Positions 19,641 through 28,947 of a DNA stretch of 64,000 nucleotides are shown here, one piece after another. Source of the stretch: a candidate division WOR-3 bacterium (GTDB taxonomy: Bacteria; Hydrothermota; Tepidihabitantia; Tepidihabitantales; Tepidihabitantaceae); the NCBI GenBank assembly GCA_026418295.1, contig JAOABP010000006.1, forward strand, positions 1,024-65,023, given 5' to 3'. Under the pieces are notes generated by a model, which was not told the DNA's origin, did no database searches, and saw only the letters and a list, made by a program, of their open reading frames with translations. Position 1 is the first letter of the stretch. The number at the start of each line of letters is the position of its first letter. Both the position numbers and the translations under genes were made by a program.

Positions 19641-20054
19641 TTACGAGTTGTTTATCAATAAAATGGGGCAGGGTAAATTGGGGAGCAGTTCTTCTGGTAG
19701 ATGGTAATCATGGTCAGCGAGAATGCTGACGGGTAGAATTATCAGATCACAATGCGTACTATTGGCAAGAAACTGCAGATTATCGAGGGTCGTCAGATGA
19801 GCGATTACCGATGCTCGAATACCGGATTGTTTGAGTTCTTCTTCCACCCAGTAAATACTGCGCCAGCACTGTCGTTCGTAGTTTTCAGCCCGGACCGCTT
19901 GGCGGGTTGCACCTTCAGTTCGAGGTGGTGGACATCCGTCAAGAGGACTGAGTCCGGAAACAAGCACTGTGCTGTTATGCCGGCGTGCAAAGTTCATGAC
20001 AATTTCCTTTTCTTCCTGCTTTTCACTTATTATGTAGAGGATACGGTCGAACAT
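19641..20054 (-). CDS. universal-stress-protein (USP)-like protein
   Basis: 137 aa. Shows the USP pattern (RILYIIS...; CDLIILPVS...CPILLIN). I could not see the ATP-binding G-x2-G-x9-G(S/T) motif. Confidence 0.45.
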   Translation of the reverse strand: MFDRILYIISEKQEEKEIVMNFARRHNSTVLVSGLSPLDGCPPPRTEGATRQAVRAENYERQCWRSIYWVEEELKQSGIRASVIAHLTTLDNLQFLANSTHCDLIILPVSILADHDYHLPEELLPNLPCPILLINNS

Positions 20055-20066
20055 ATTTTCTCCTTT

Positions 20067-22007
20067 TTAGGGTGCCAGATTTATTTGGCAAAAGATGGCA
20101 ATGGAAGAAATAATGAGAGTAACAGCTGTTATGATTATACCGAATTTGAACCACTCCCGAAAGCGGATATGGCGACCGCTGGCCCGTTCAAAGGCTCCTA
20201 CTGCGACGAGATTGGCGGTTGAGCCGATGACGGTCAGATTTCCCCCGAAACATCCTCCGAAGAGCAGTGCCCACCATAGAATTGAGGCATGGGGAAGTCC
20301 GATGCGAATAAGGTCTTTGACTACTGGAGCAAGTGCAGCTACAATTGGGAGATTGTCGACGAATCCTGATAAAATACCGGATATCCAGAGAAAGGAAAGA
20401 GCAGCAGGCAAAGTGAGACTGCAGTTGTTGGTTCCGGCGATTTTTTCGGCAAAATTTAAGAGCAGGTAACCTAACTTTGTTGTGACTCCGGTATATTCAA
20501 GACAGGCAGCGTTAGCAAATAAAAACATGAAAAAAAGCAACGTCCACCAATCAATGCCACGTTCAACCAGTACTCTGCCTTTTTCTTGTTCATAAAAGAC
20601 AATGAAACCCGTAACTGCCAATGCACTTGCGACCAGGGCAGTACCGTCACTTAATCCAAGCCAAACCTCAAATCTTCGGTGTAATGCTATCAGGATGATA
20701 ATAATGAAGAAAGTGATTAAACCGACCCGTAGTTTGATCGGGTCAATATTACCGGCGGTCTTTTCGAGTTGCTGCACATCAAGGTGATATCGAGTATTGA
20801 AAAAATGTCGTCGGTACAGAATCAAGCATAGCAGAGCGACGATGATAGCAGTAATAGCTGAAACCGGGGTTGCCCAGCGCAGAAAGTCTTCGAATGATAA
20901 GCCGCCCGCAAAGGCAATGTATACTCCGATCGGATTGCCGACAAGTGTAAGAGCAGAACCAACATTAGTAGCAAATACCAAGGATAGTAAAAAGGGCACG
21001 AGGGGGGCTTTTGTTCGACGTGATACTTCCAGCGCGAGACCAAAGGTTACCAGAATGGCTGAGACTTCATCAGCAAATCCCCCCAGAATAACCGAGAATG
21101 CCATAAGCAGTAGAAGTAAAAGCCAGGGGATACCTTTTACCTGCTCGATTGCCTTCAATACAATAAATCGGAACACGCCGATATTCTGCAGCCAGCGGAC
21201 AATTACCATCATCGACATGATAAAAAGGATGGTAGGGATGGACATAAATTTTACAGTGTGCTCCAAATCCATTACCCCGGCAATTAGTAATGTGCCTAAT
21301 GCTGCTGCAGCGATAGCGACCCGGAAACGCCAGAAAAGCAGTGTTCCAATTACCATGGCGAGGAAGAGAGTGATTGTCAATTGTTGCCGTAAGATCCATT
21401 CCGGTTCATTAAAACGTAAGTAACCCAGTTCCTGATAGATACCAGCAGCTGGTAGAGAAATATGCGAAAGAATACTTCCTGCTCCGATGAATATCAGTGC
21501 AACCAATCCGAAAAATAAGATGAGCCGACGATTGCGCTTAAGAAAATTCTGATGAGGCGGAGTGGCAATGATGCGCGCAGCCGATGCCGCATTCTGTGCT
21601 GTGAGTGCAGCCGTGCGTAATTGCGGGGTATTCAGACTGCGGGCAATCTCGGCCAAGAGGGAAAGATAAAGGTTTCGTTCTTTTTCTGGAGCCACTAAAC
21701 AAACTATCAGTTTTACCGGTTCATTGTCGATTGAATTCCAAGGGACCGGGTGTTTAAGGCGTACTATGAGAGCGGCTGGCTGATTTATGTTATCCCCGAT
21801 GAAATGCGGTAGTGCGATACCATAACCGACACCGGTCGAACCGAGTTTTTCCCTTTCCCGGAGCTGATTGACTAAAAATGTTTCATCCGTGGCTACTCCA
21901 GCACTTACAAGTTGACGGGCAATGAGATGAAAAATTTCATCTTGGGTTAATATTTCATTAATATCCAACGACCGATCGCTAAGAATAAACTTTTTGGGAT
22001 CAATCAT
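20067..22007 (-). CDS. paralogue of 17705-19630: EIIA type-2 domain fused to SLC13/ArsB-NhaD-like permease
   Basis: 646 aa. GYGIALPHF histidine motif. Long identical stretches with the neighbour (FATNVGSALTLVGNPIGVYIAFAGGL.FEDFLRWATPVS; GIDWWT.LFFMFLFANAACLE.TGVTTKLGY). Confidence 0.75.
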   Translation of the reverse strand: MIDPKKFILSDRSLDINEILTQDEIFHLIARQLVSAGVATDETFLVNQLREREKLGSTGVGYGIALPHFIGDNINQPAALIVRLKHPVPWNSIDNEPVKLIVCLVAPEKERNLYLSLLAEIARSLNTPQLRTAALTAQNAASAARIIATPPHQNFLKRNRRLILFFGLVALIFIGAGSILSHISLPAAGIYQELGYLRFNEPEWILRQQLTITLFLAMVIGTLLFWRFRVAIAAAALGTLLIAGVMDLEHTVKFMSIPTILFIMSMMVIVRWLQNIGVFRFIVLKAIEQVKGIPWLLLLLLMAFSVILGGFADEVSAILVTFGLALEVSRRTKAPLVPFLLSLVFATNVGSALTLVGNPIGVYIAFAGGLSFEDFLRWATPVSAITAIIVALLCLILYRRHFFNTRYHLDVQQLEKTAGNIDPIKLRVGLITFFIIIILIALHRRFEVWLGLSDGTALVASALAVTGFIVFYEQEKGRVLVERGIDWWTLLFFMFLFANAACLEYTGVTTKLGYLLLNFAEKIAGTNNCSLTLPAALSFLWISGILSGFVDNLPIVAALAPVVKDLIRIGLPHASILWWALLFGGCFGGNLTVIGSTANLVAVGAFERASGRHIRFREWFKFGIIITAVTLIISSIAIFCQINLAP

Positions 22008-22082
22008 TAATTCGCTTCCTGATTATGAATTTCAAGATAAACCAAATTTTTGCGAAGTCAAAATGTCCCCCTTTGAGTCTGT

Positions 22083-22652
22083 TCAGTGGAGTTCTATGAA
22101 CTTCGGTTTTGCAAACAACACCTGCCCAACATCGGTGTCAATGCCACCTTGTATTATAACATCAACCTCCTGCCCAACGGCATTCCCTCCATTTTCGACG
22201 ACGACTTTAATTCCCCCCTCAAGATAACCGATGCCTTCATTCCGTTCTTTCCCTCTTTTGGAAATTTTTACTCTCAAGGTCGTACCGGGCAGATAAGCTG
22301 GACGGAAAAGCTCAAAAAGCTCAGCAGTAGTGATTACCTGAAAGCCGTTTGCGGCATGTTTTAGTTCTGATCGGATTGTTATGAGGGTCGCGTGGTACTT
22401 CCGGGCAATGTTCATTAACTCATCTGTCGACTTGAACGGGAGAATTTTTAACTTAAGCGTAGGGATGCGTTTCAGTTGTTCGATGTGTTCTTTTGCTCTT
22501 TGCAGTGAATATTCGGATTCGTCCGGTTGTATGCCGGGTTGGGGTAGAAGAAGTCTACCTGTCAGCAGTCCCAGTTGCAGAAACTTCACGACTCTGGGGT
22601 CTGCAAGAGTATCGGAATCAATAATAAAGGTTTTGGTTTTTCGAAACAACAT
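22083..22652 (-). CDS. PIN/TRAM domain protein (YacL-like, without membrane anchor)
   Basis: N-terminal PIN-like segment (FIIDSDTLADPRVVKF...) and C-terminal TRAM-like segment (TTLRVKISKRGKERNEGIGYLEGGIKVVV). The ATG at 22652 lies 5 nt after GGAGG, and the ORF-track TTG at 22664 overlaps that SD. Lies next to radA as in Firmicutes. Confidence 0.65.
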   Translation of the reverse strand: MLFRKTKTFIIDSDTLADPRVVKFLQLGLLTGRLLLPQPGIQPDESEYSLQRAKEHIEQLKRIPTLKLKILPFKSTDELMNIARKYHATLITIRSELKHAANGFQVITTAELFELFRPAYLPGTTLRVKISKRGKERNEGIGYLEGGIKVVVENGGNAVGQEVDVIIQGGIDTDVGQVLFAKPKFIELH

Positions 22653-22682
22653 GAAAACCTCCAAATTTTTAATATTTAAAGT

Positions 22683-24041
22683 TCATTTTTTCACTCCCAA
22701 GTATTTAAGAGCGGAGTTGATTGTTTCTACCGGGACAAGTTCGATATTCGATTTTTTAAATTTTGTCAAATTCGGAGGCAACAGTGCGCGTTTAAACCCC
22801 AGTCTTTGTGCTTCATTTAATCGTGCTTCGATCCGGCTGACAGTTCTGATTTCTCCTGCCAGCCCAACTTCGCCGATGACTACTGTATCCTCCGGCAGAG
22901 GTGTATTGCGTATTGCCGATGCCAATGTGCAGATGACACCCAAATCGACAGCCGGTTCAGTCAGTTTCAAGCCTCCGGCAACATTGAGAAAAATATCACG
23001 ATTTCCTGTGCTGATACCGGCGCGCCGTTCGAGTATTCCCAAGAGAAGCGAGAGTCGACGCAGGTCAAAACCCGTCGCTATCCGCTGAGGTAACGGAAAA
23101 GGTGTGGGGGCAGCCAAAGCCTGAATTTCGACTAATAGAGGCCTTGTCCCTTCGAGTGTTGCCACTACAACCGAACCGGAAACATTGCGACGCCGATCAG
23201 AAAGAAAAAGTTCCGACGGATTGGAAACTTCCTTCAGACCAATATCGGTCATTTCAAAGACTCCGATTTCGTTCGTGGGACCATAGCGATTTTTGACTGT
23301 GCGGATGATACGGTAGTTGTAGGTTGTTTCCCCTTCAAAATAAAGCACCGTGTCTACCATATGTTCTAGTGTTTTCGGTCCAGCAATTACGCCGAATTTA
23401 GTAACATGACCGATAATGAAAGTGGTGATACACTGTGTTTTAGCCAGTTTTAATAATTCAGCGGTACAATCACGAACCTGGGCAACACTTCCTGGTGTAC
23501 TGGGAAGTGCTGGGTTTGTCAATGTTTGGATTGAATCAATAACCAGTATTCTGGGATTTACCTGATTAACACCGTGGACAACATCCTCCAGTGATATCGT
23601 ACAAAGGACGAATATATCAAGTAGTGATGAATTAAGGCGTTCAGCCCGCAGACGAACCTGTTCAGCTGATTCTTCTCCCGTGACATATAACACTGGAATT
23701 TTATTCCGGGCGAGATTTCTGCAAACTTGCAAAAGCAGCGTTGATTTACCGATACCGGGTTCACCTCCGAGTAGCAGCAGGGATCCTGGTACAATCCCTC
23801 CGCCCAGCACACGATCCAATTCATCAATTCCGGTTTTTAACCGCTGGACCGGAGTCAGAGACAGTTCTGCCAGCCTTTTGGGAGACGTATAGGTGTCTGT
23901 TGAGCGTTTTGAGCTCGATAATTTTTTAGGGATAACTTCCTCTTCGGTGAGAGTATTCCAAGATTCGCAGTTGGGGCAACGACCCAGCCAGCGGGGTGAT
24001 TCGTAACCGCAGTTCTGGCATACAAAATGAACCTTTCTCAT
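22683..24041 (-). CDS. radA: DNA repair protein RadA/Sms
   Basis: 452 aa. N-terminal C4 zinc finger (CQNCGY..CPNC), Walker A GGEPGIGKST, KNRYGPTNE motif, and a Lon-like C-terminus. Confidence 0.95.
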   Translation of the reverse strand: MRKVHFVCQNCGYESPRWLGRCPNCESWNTLTEEEVIPKKLSSSKRSTDTYTSPKRLAELSLTPVQRLKTGIDELDRVLGGGIVPGSLLLLGGEPGIGKSTLLLQVCRNLARNKIPVLYVTGEESAEQVRLRAERLNSSLLDIFVLCTISLEDVVHGVNQVNPRILVIDSIQTLTNPALPSTPGSVAQVRDCTAELLKLAKTQCITTFIIGHVTKFGVIAGPKTLEHMVDTVLYFEGETTYNYRIIRTVKNRYGPTNEIGVFEMTDIGLKEVSNPSELFLSDRRRNVSGSVVVATLEGTRPLLVEIQALAAPTPFPLPQRIATGFDLRRLSLLLGILERRAGISTGNRDIFLNVAGGLKLTEPAVDLGVICTLASAIRNTPLPEDTVVIGEVGLAGEIRTVSRIEARLNEAQRLGFKRALLPPNLTKFKKSNIELVPVETINSALKYLGVKK

Positions 24042-25463
24042 TTAACTTTCTGATTCCGCTTCGTTGTCTTCGGGCAGGGTTGAGTAATTATACCTTGATT
24101 CAATATTTTCAAATCGCATAAACTGGTATAGATAGACCAGTTTAATACTTCGGGTGGGACCATTGCGATGCTTGGCAATGATTAAATCAGTATCTTTTTT
24201 CTGTTCCTCAGAAAGTGCGTCCCAGTTTTTTTTATTATATTCGGCATCCCGGTACAGGAAAATAACAACATCCGCATCCTGTTCTAATGCACCCGATTCA
24301 CGAAGGTCGGACAATAACGGTTTTTTGTCTTCTCGTCGATCTGGTGCCCGTGACAGTTGAGAAAGTGCGATTACAGGAATATTGAGTTCTTTCGCCATTG
24401 CTTTCAGTGCACGGGAGATTTCTGTAATTTCCTGCTGGCGGCTGTATTCGCGGCGTCCCCCGCTATGAGGTTCCATCAATTGCAAATAGTCGATGATTAT
24501 CAACCCGAGATCAGGGTGATCCCCTTTGAGGCGCCGGGCACGGGCACGAATTTCTAAAGCGTTTAATGCTGCAGAATCATCGATATAAAGTTTTGCTTCC
24601 GACAGCCGTCCAACAGCAGCTGCAATCCGGGCATATTCGGGATTGTTGAGCATTCCCCGGCGCAGTTGATTGATTGTAACCCGCGCCTCGGCACAAATCA
24701 GGCGTTGGATAAGACTGTCGGTTGACATCTCGAGACTGAAGATTGCAACCGGCACCGGCTTCTTTACCCGGGTCGTAGTATTGACAGCAATATTAAGCGC
24801 AAAGGCAGTTTTCCCCATTCCCGGACGTCCGGCAATGATAATGAAATCCCCGGGCTGAAAACCACTGGTAAGATCATCGAGTTCCAGAAAACCTGTTTCC
24901 ACTCCAGTGATATGCTGTTTTCTAGTTCTAGCTTGTTCTATCCGGTCCATTTCCTGAAGGAGTCGTTCACGCACAAGCGTAAATCCGCGGCGCTCGCCTG
25001 CCTGACGCAGCTGAAATATCTTGCTCTCGGCCTTTTCCAGTAGTTCTTCGGCTGAAAACTCTTCATTGTAGGCGTCCTGAACGATTTCAGTAGCAGTCTG
25101 AATTAATTGTCGTTGTAACGCCTTTTCCAGTACCAGCTGGGCGTGTTCTTCGCAATTAGCTGAGGTCAATACCGTGTCCTGCAGTGCTGAGAGAAACGGT
25201 TGACCTCCGATACTGTCAAGTTCCTTCATGCGCCGCAGCTCATCGGCAACCGTAATGATGTCATAGGGTTTTTTGGCTTCAAAAAGATTCAACATCGCTT
25301 CATAAACGCGCCGATGAGCGAGGGAGTAAAAGTGATCTGGCTTTAGAAATTGCATCACCCGAGGCAATGCTTCCTGATCAATTAGAATGGCGCCAAGAAC
25401 CGCAGCCTCCGCTTCAAGCGCTTGGGGTGGTTTTTTTTCTCCTCTTTCAGAGCGGGTGGACAT
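24042..25463 (-). CDS. dnaB: replicative DNA helicase DnaB
   Basis: 473 aa. PQALEAEAAVLGAIL, Walker A GRPGMGKTAF, and IIAKHRNGPT. Confidence 0.95.
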   Translation of the reverse strand: MSTRSERGEKKPPQALEAEAAVLGAILIDQEALPRVMQFLKPDHFYSLAHRRVYEAMLNLFEAKKPYDIITVADELRRMKELDSIGGQPFLSALQDTVLTSANCEEHAQLVLEKALQRQLIQTATEIVQDAYNEEFSAEELLEKAESKIFQLRQAGERRGFTLVRERLLQEMDRIEQARTRKQHITGVETGFLELDDLTSGFQPGDFIIIAGRPGMGKTAFALNIAVNTTTRVKKPVPVAIFSLEMSTDSLIQRLICAEARVTINQLRRGMLNNPEYARIAAAVGRLSEAKLYIDDSAALNALEIRARARRLKGDHPDLGLIIIDYLQLMEPHSGGRREYSRQQEITEISRALKAMAKELNIPVIALSQLSRAPDRREDKKPLLSDLRESGALEQDADVVIFLYRDAEYNKKNWDALSEEQKKDTDLIIAKHRNGPTRSIKLVYLYQFMRFENIESRYNYSTLPEDNEAESES

Positions 25464-26679
25464 GATTAGTGTTACCCTTTTTGTTGCTGCGATAAATTGT
25501 TCCGACTATTTTTACAAGCTCCCGGGCAAAATCTGTTTTGCTCATTTCCTGGAGACGGCGGGTTTTGCCTGAACGGTAGATAATGACTGGACGAATAGTG
25601 GAGGAGCCGGCAGTCTTTACCGGATTGGCAACGATTAACTCCGGCTGTTTTTCCCGGAGTTTTTTATGCGCCATTTTCACTGAATCGTCCTGAGAAAATG
25701 CCACGGTGAACGGTCGATATTTTGCTGAGCTTACGATTTTGAGTATGTCTGGGGTCCGTCTGAATGCGACCGTCAGATTTGGTGCGTGAAGTTTAGCGCG
25801 TGCTGTTTTCACTGGCTGATAATCTGCCACTGCAGCACACATGACAAGAATATCAGTTTCCGGCAACCTATTTTCAACTGCAGTTGCCATCTCAGCAGTG
25901 GTCCGGACCCGGATGGCATCTGGAGGTAGCTGGACGGTTACTTCCCCAGCAATGAGTTTCACCGTGCTTCCGGCAGCTTTGAATGCCTTGGCAATTTCAA
26001 GTCCCATTATTCCAGAAGAGCGGTTGGTAATAACGCGTACCGGATCCAAGGGTTCTTCAGTTCTGCCGGTAGTTACTAGAACACGAACACCTGTAAAATC
26101 TGGTAATTGGGTTAAACAGGCACAGCATGTTTCAAGAATTAATTCCGGTGATGCCATTCTTCCAGTACCGACCATTCCACAAGCCAATTCGCCAGTTTCG
26201 GGATTGATAAAGCGATAACCAAACGCAGCAAGTCGCCGGATATTTTCCTGGACGATCGGATTTAACCACATATTGGAGTTCATCGCCGGTGCAATAAGAA
26301 CTCTACCGGAACTCACCTTTTCGGATGGTATTGCAAGCAGAATCGTGGAGAGCAGGTCATCCGCAATACCATGAGCAAGTTTGCCGATGATATTAGCAGT
26401 TGCCGGTGCAATTACTGTCAGGTCTGGTTGCACAGCAAGGTCGATGTGATGGATAGAATCATGGGGTATTCGATATTTTGGAAAGAGGTCCAGCCCTACT
26501 TCCCGCCCGCTTAAAGCGCGAAAGGAGTCTATACCGGTTAGTTTGGCAGCGGAGCGGGTGAGAACGACGGTTACATTCCAGCCTTTTTTACGGAATAAAC
26601 GAAGCAGTTCAAGTGATTTGTAGGCAGCAATACTTCCAGTAACTCCCAGCAGTATTTCAACAGGTTTTGCCAACACCAC
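25447..26679 (-). CDS. coaBC: bifunctional phosphopantothenoylcysteine decarboxylase / phosphopantothenate-cysteine ligase
   Basis: 410 aa. Flavoprotein N-domain (GVTGSIAAYK, PAMN..MW) plus a CoaB C-domain (ITNRSSG.MG). Confidence 0.9.
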   Translation of the reverse strand: MVLAKPVEILLGVTGSIAAYKSLELLRLFRKKGWNVTVVLTRSAAKLTGIDSFRALSGREVGLDLFPKYRIPHDSIHHIDLAVQPDLTVIAPATANIIGKLAHGIADDLLSTILLAIPSEKVSSGRVLIAPAMNSNMWLNPIVQENIRRLAAFGYRFINPETGELACGMVGTGRMASPELILETCCACLTQLPDFTGVRVLVTTGRTEEPLDPVRVITNRSSGIMGLEIAKAFKAAGSTVKLIAGEVTVQLPPDAIRVRTTAEMATAVENRLPETDILVMCAAVADYQPVKTARAKLHAPNLTVAFRRTPDILKIVSSAKYRPFTVAFSQDDSVKMAHKKLREKQPELIVANPVKTAGSSTIRPVIIYRSGKTRRLQEMSKTDFARELVKIVGTIYRSNKKGNTNHVHPL

Positions 26680-26704
26680 CTCCGGAGTGAAGACCGTGAG
26701 TTAT

Positions 26705-27034
26705 TTATGAACGCGTGCGGCTGGTCCCGGGTTTGCTGCCGGATTCGATTTTGGTGATGCCAGTTTCGGATGGTGTGCTCAAATCGGTTTTTCTGGTCTC
26801 GGTTGCGAGTCGATTGGCATTCAGCGCCTCGAGCTCTGCCTCGGTAAGTGGGGCGTATTTTAATTCACCCCGCAACAAGCGATGGAGAGCATATTCGTAC
26901 GGATTGGTGGGTAATTGTATTTCGTCCCGGCTGATTGCATCGATCAGTCGGCGCGTTTCCAGCGCAGCAATGTTTAAAGCCAGATATTTGTTTGGATACA
27001 CATGCCACAGCTGTTCAATTGACACAAACTTCAT
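26705..27034 (-). CDS. rpoZ: RNA polymerase omega subunit (with Ser/Thr-rich C-terminal tail)
   Basis: 109 aa. Has NKYLALNIAALETRRL, matching the omega N.Y.l...a..RAr pattern. Conserved gmk-rpoZ-coaBC order. ATGA-type overlap with gmk. Confidence 0.65.
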   Translation of the reverse strand: MKFVSIEQLWHVYPNKYLALNIAALETRRLIDAISRDEIQLPTNPYEYALHRLLRGELKYAPLTEAELEALNANRLATETRKTDLSTPSETGITKIESGSKPGTSRTRS

Positions 27035-27645
27035 TCAATCCTCCTTTTCTTATGGTGAATTTTACGGCCGGTCCGGAGCCGTTCACTGCGAATAATTCCC
27101 AAGACGTCCCGGATCGCCTTTTCCAGTTTATCATTAATTACAAGATAGTCAAATTCATGAATACAGGCCAGTTCTTTCTCTAACGCCTCTCGACGCTGTT
27201 GTAATTCTTCATCCTTTTCGGTTCCCCGGCGGGCAAGTCGGCGTTGCAGTTCTTTTATGCTCGGGGGAAGAATGAAGATGCTAACCGTTCCGGGCAATTT
27301 CTGCTTGCAGGAGCGCATGCCCTGAATATCCAGATCGGCAATAACATCCTTACCGGTACGGAAAGCTTTAATTACCGGTGTTTTGGGTGTTCCGTAAAGA
27401 TGGTTGTAAACCTCGGCATATTCCAGCAGTTCGTTCCGGAGGATCATTTGTCGGAATTGTGTTTCCGATACAAACAGGTAACTTTTCCCATTGATTTCTC
27501 CTTTCCGGGGAGGACGAGTAGTTGCGGAAACAGAATAGAAAATTTTTTTATCCCGTTTGACAATTTCTCGGCAGATTGTAGTCTTCCCCGCACCTGATGG
27601 TGAGGAGAGGACGATCATGAAAGGTTGGTGAGTTCTATTCCACAT
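27031..27645 (-). CDS. gmk: guanylate kinase
   Basis: P-loop SSPSGAGKTT and SATTRPPRKGE. Start placed at the ATG at 27645 (11-nt overlap with the yicC stop). The ORF-track start at 27690 would add 15 aa inside yicC. Confidence 0.88.
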   Translation of the reverse strand: MWNRTHQPFMIVLSSPSGAGKTTICREIVKRDKKIFYSVSATTRPPRKGEINGKSYLFVSETQFRQMILRNELLEYAEVYNHLYGTPKTPVIKAFRTGKDVIADLDIQGMRSCKQKLPGTVSIFILPPSIKELQRRLARRGTEKDEELQQRREALEKELACIHEFDYLVINDKLEKAIRDVLGIIRSERLRTGRKIHHKKRRIE

Positions 27646-28510
27646 TCCGCACCTGTTCCTTGAGTTTTTCAATTTCGCCTTTAATTTCAATTGCCCGCCG
27701 CGAGATTACTACATCCCGAGCTTTGGCAGCGAGCGTGTCGGTTTCGCGGAGCATCTCCTGAGCAATGAAATCAAGTTTTTTCCCTGAAGTGCTGCTGCTT
27801 CTCAGCGCCCGAAGAAACATACTGCAATGGCTTCGAAGACGGACACATTCTTCATGAATATCAAGCCGCTCAGTGATATAAGCGACTTCTTCCAGAATCC
27901 GCTTGGAATTTGCCTGGATATTCAAGTTAGCCAGCTGTTCAATCAAATTCTCGCGTCGCTCAGCAACCCGTTTGGGAACTCTTTCCCGGATGTAATGAAG
28001 CGCCCGGCGGATTTTATTTATGCGCCGGCGCAGATCTTTTACTAATGCGGTTCCCTCGGCTTCTCTCATACGAATCAGCTGGCGAATCGCTTCGCCAATA
28101 ATTTTCCGGCTCGCACGCCAGAGGCGGTTCTGTCCAGGGGGGACTTTGCTGGTTGTAATAACGCCCGGGAGCGTCAGCAATGCGTTTAAATCAACTTCTC
28201 CCGATAAATTAAACCGCCGTTTCAGTTGCCGGATAAGTGTTAAGTACCTTTTTGCCGCTTCCCAGTCGATTTTGATACAAGTGGCAGTACTGGGTTCGTC
28301 GATTGTCAACTGAAGTTGAACATAACCGCGTCGGATTTTTCTTCGGACAATTTCGTAAATGTCCCGTTCATAGCTGACAAGTTGAGGGGGCAGTTTTGAC
28401 ACCAATTCAAAGTATTTATGATTTACTGAGCGGATATCAACGGCGATTCGGGTTCCGGATTCAGCTACAACTCCTTCTGCCCGACCAACGCCGGTCATGC
28501 TTCTAATCAT
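27635..28510 (-). CDS. yicC: YicC-family stress-induced protein
   Basis: 291 aa. N-terminal MIRSMTGVGRAEG, and a C-terminal DUF1732-like E.LRE.DT...K motif. Confidence 0.85.
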   Translation of the reverse strand: MIRSMTGVGRAEGVVAESGTRIAVDIRSVNHKYFELVSKLPPQLVSYERDIYEIVRRKIRRGYVQLQLTIDEPSTATCIKIDWEAAKRYLTLIRQLKRRFNLSGEVDLNALLTLPGVITTSKVPPGQNRLWRASRKIIGEAIRQLIRMREAEGTALVKDLRRRINKIRRALHYIRERVPKRVAERRENLIEQLANLNIQANSKRILEEVAYITERLDIHEECVRLRSHCSMFLRALRSSSTSGKKLDFIAQEMLRETDTLAAKARDVVISRRAIEIKGEIEKLKEQVRNVE

Positions 28511-28947
28511 TGTTCCTCCAACAGAATGGTAACCGGTCCGCTGTTAATTAGATCCACATCCATACGAGCGCCGAATTTACCGGTCTGGACTGTGATGCCG
28601 AGATAGCGCAATTCATCGACAAATCGTTGATAAAGAGATTCAGCACGTGATGGTTCGCAGGCCTGAGAAAATGACGGCCTAAGTCCATGTTGGGTATCGG
28701 CATACAAAGTGAATTGCGAAACGACCAGAGCTGAGCCAGTGACATCCAGAAGGGAACGGTTCATTTTCCCCTGTTCATCGTCAAAGATTCGCAACCGGGC
28801 AATCTTGGATGCCAGCTTTCTGCAGGTTGTTTCATCATCCAGTTTTCCAATGCCGATAAATATTAACAGTCCCAATCCGATTTCGCCGATGGTATTGCCA
28901 TCAACAATTACCTGCGCCCGGCTCACGCGCTGTAACAATGCTCTCAT
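28507..28947 (-). CDS. dtd: D-aminoacyl-tRNA deacylase
   Basis: 146 aa. MRALLQRVSRA...GLL.F.GIG...SQFTLYAD...G.RPSF. Confidence 0.9.
   Translation of the reverse strand: MRALLQRVSRAQVIVDGNTIGEIGLGLLIFIGIGKLDDETTCRKLASKIARLRIFDDEQGKMNRSLLDVTGSALVVSQFTLYADTQHGLRPSFSQACEPSRAESLYQRFVDELRYLGITVQTGKFGARMDVDLINSGPVTILLEEQ

Noticed and set aside
22381-23088. 235-aa + strand ORF spanning the PIN/TRAM-radA junction.
   Set aside because: It is antisense to two well-supported genes and its translation is Ser/Arg-rich with no recognisable motif. The same reasoning applies to 20797-21423, 35592-36257, 38635-39285, 47227-47967, 59854-60636 and 63307-63870.
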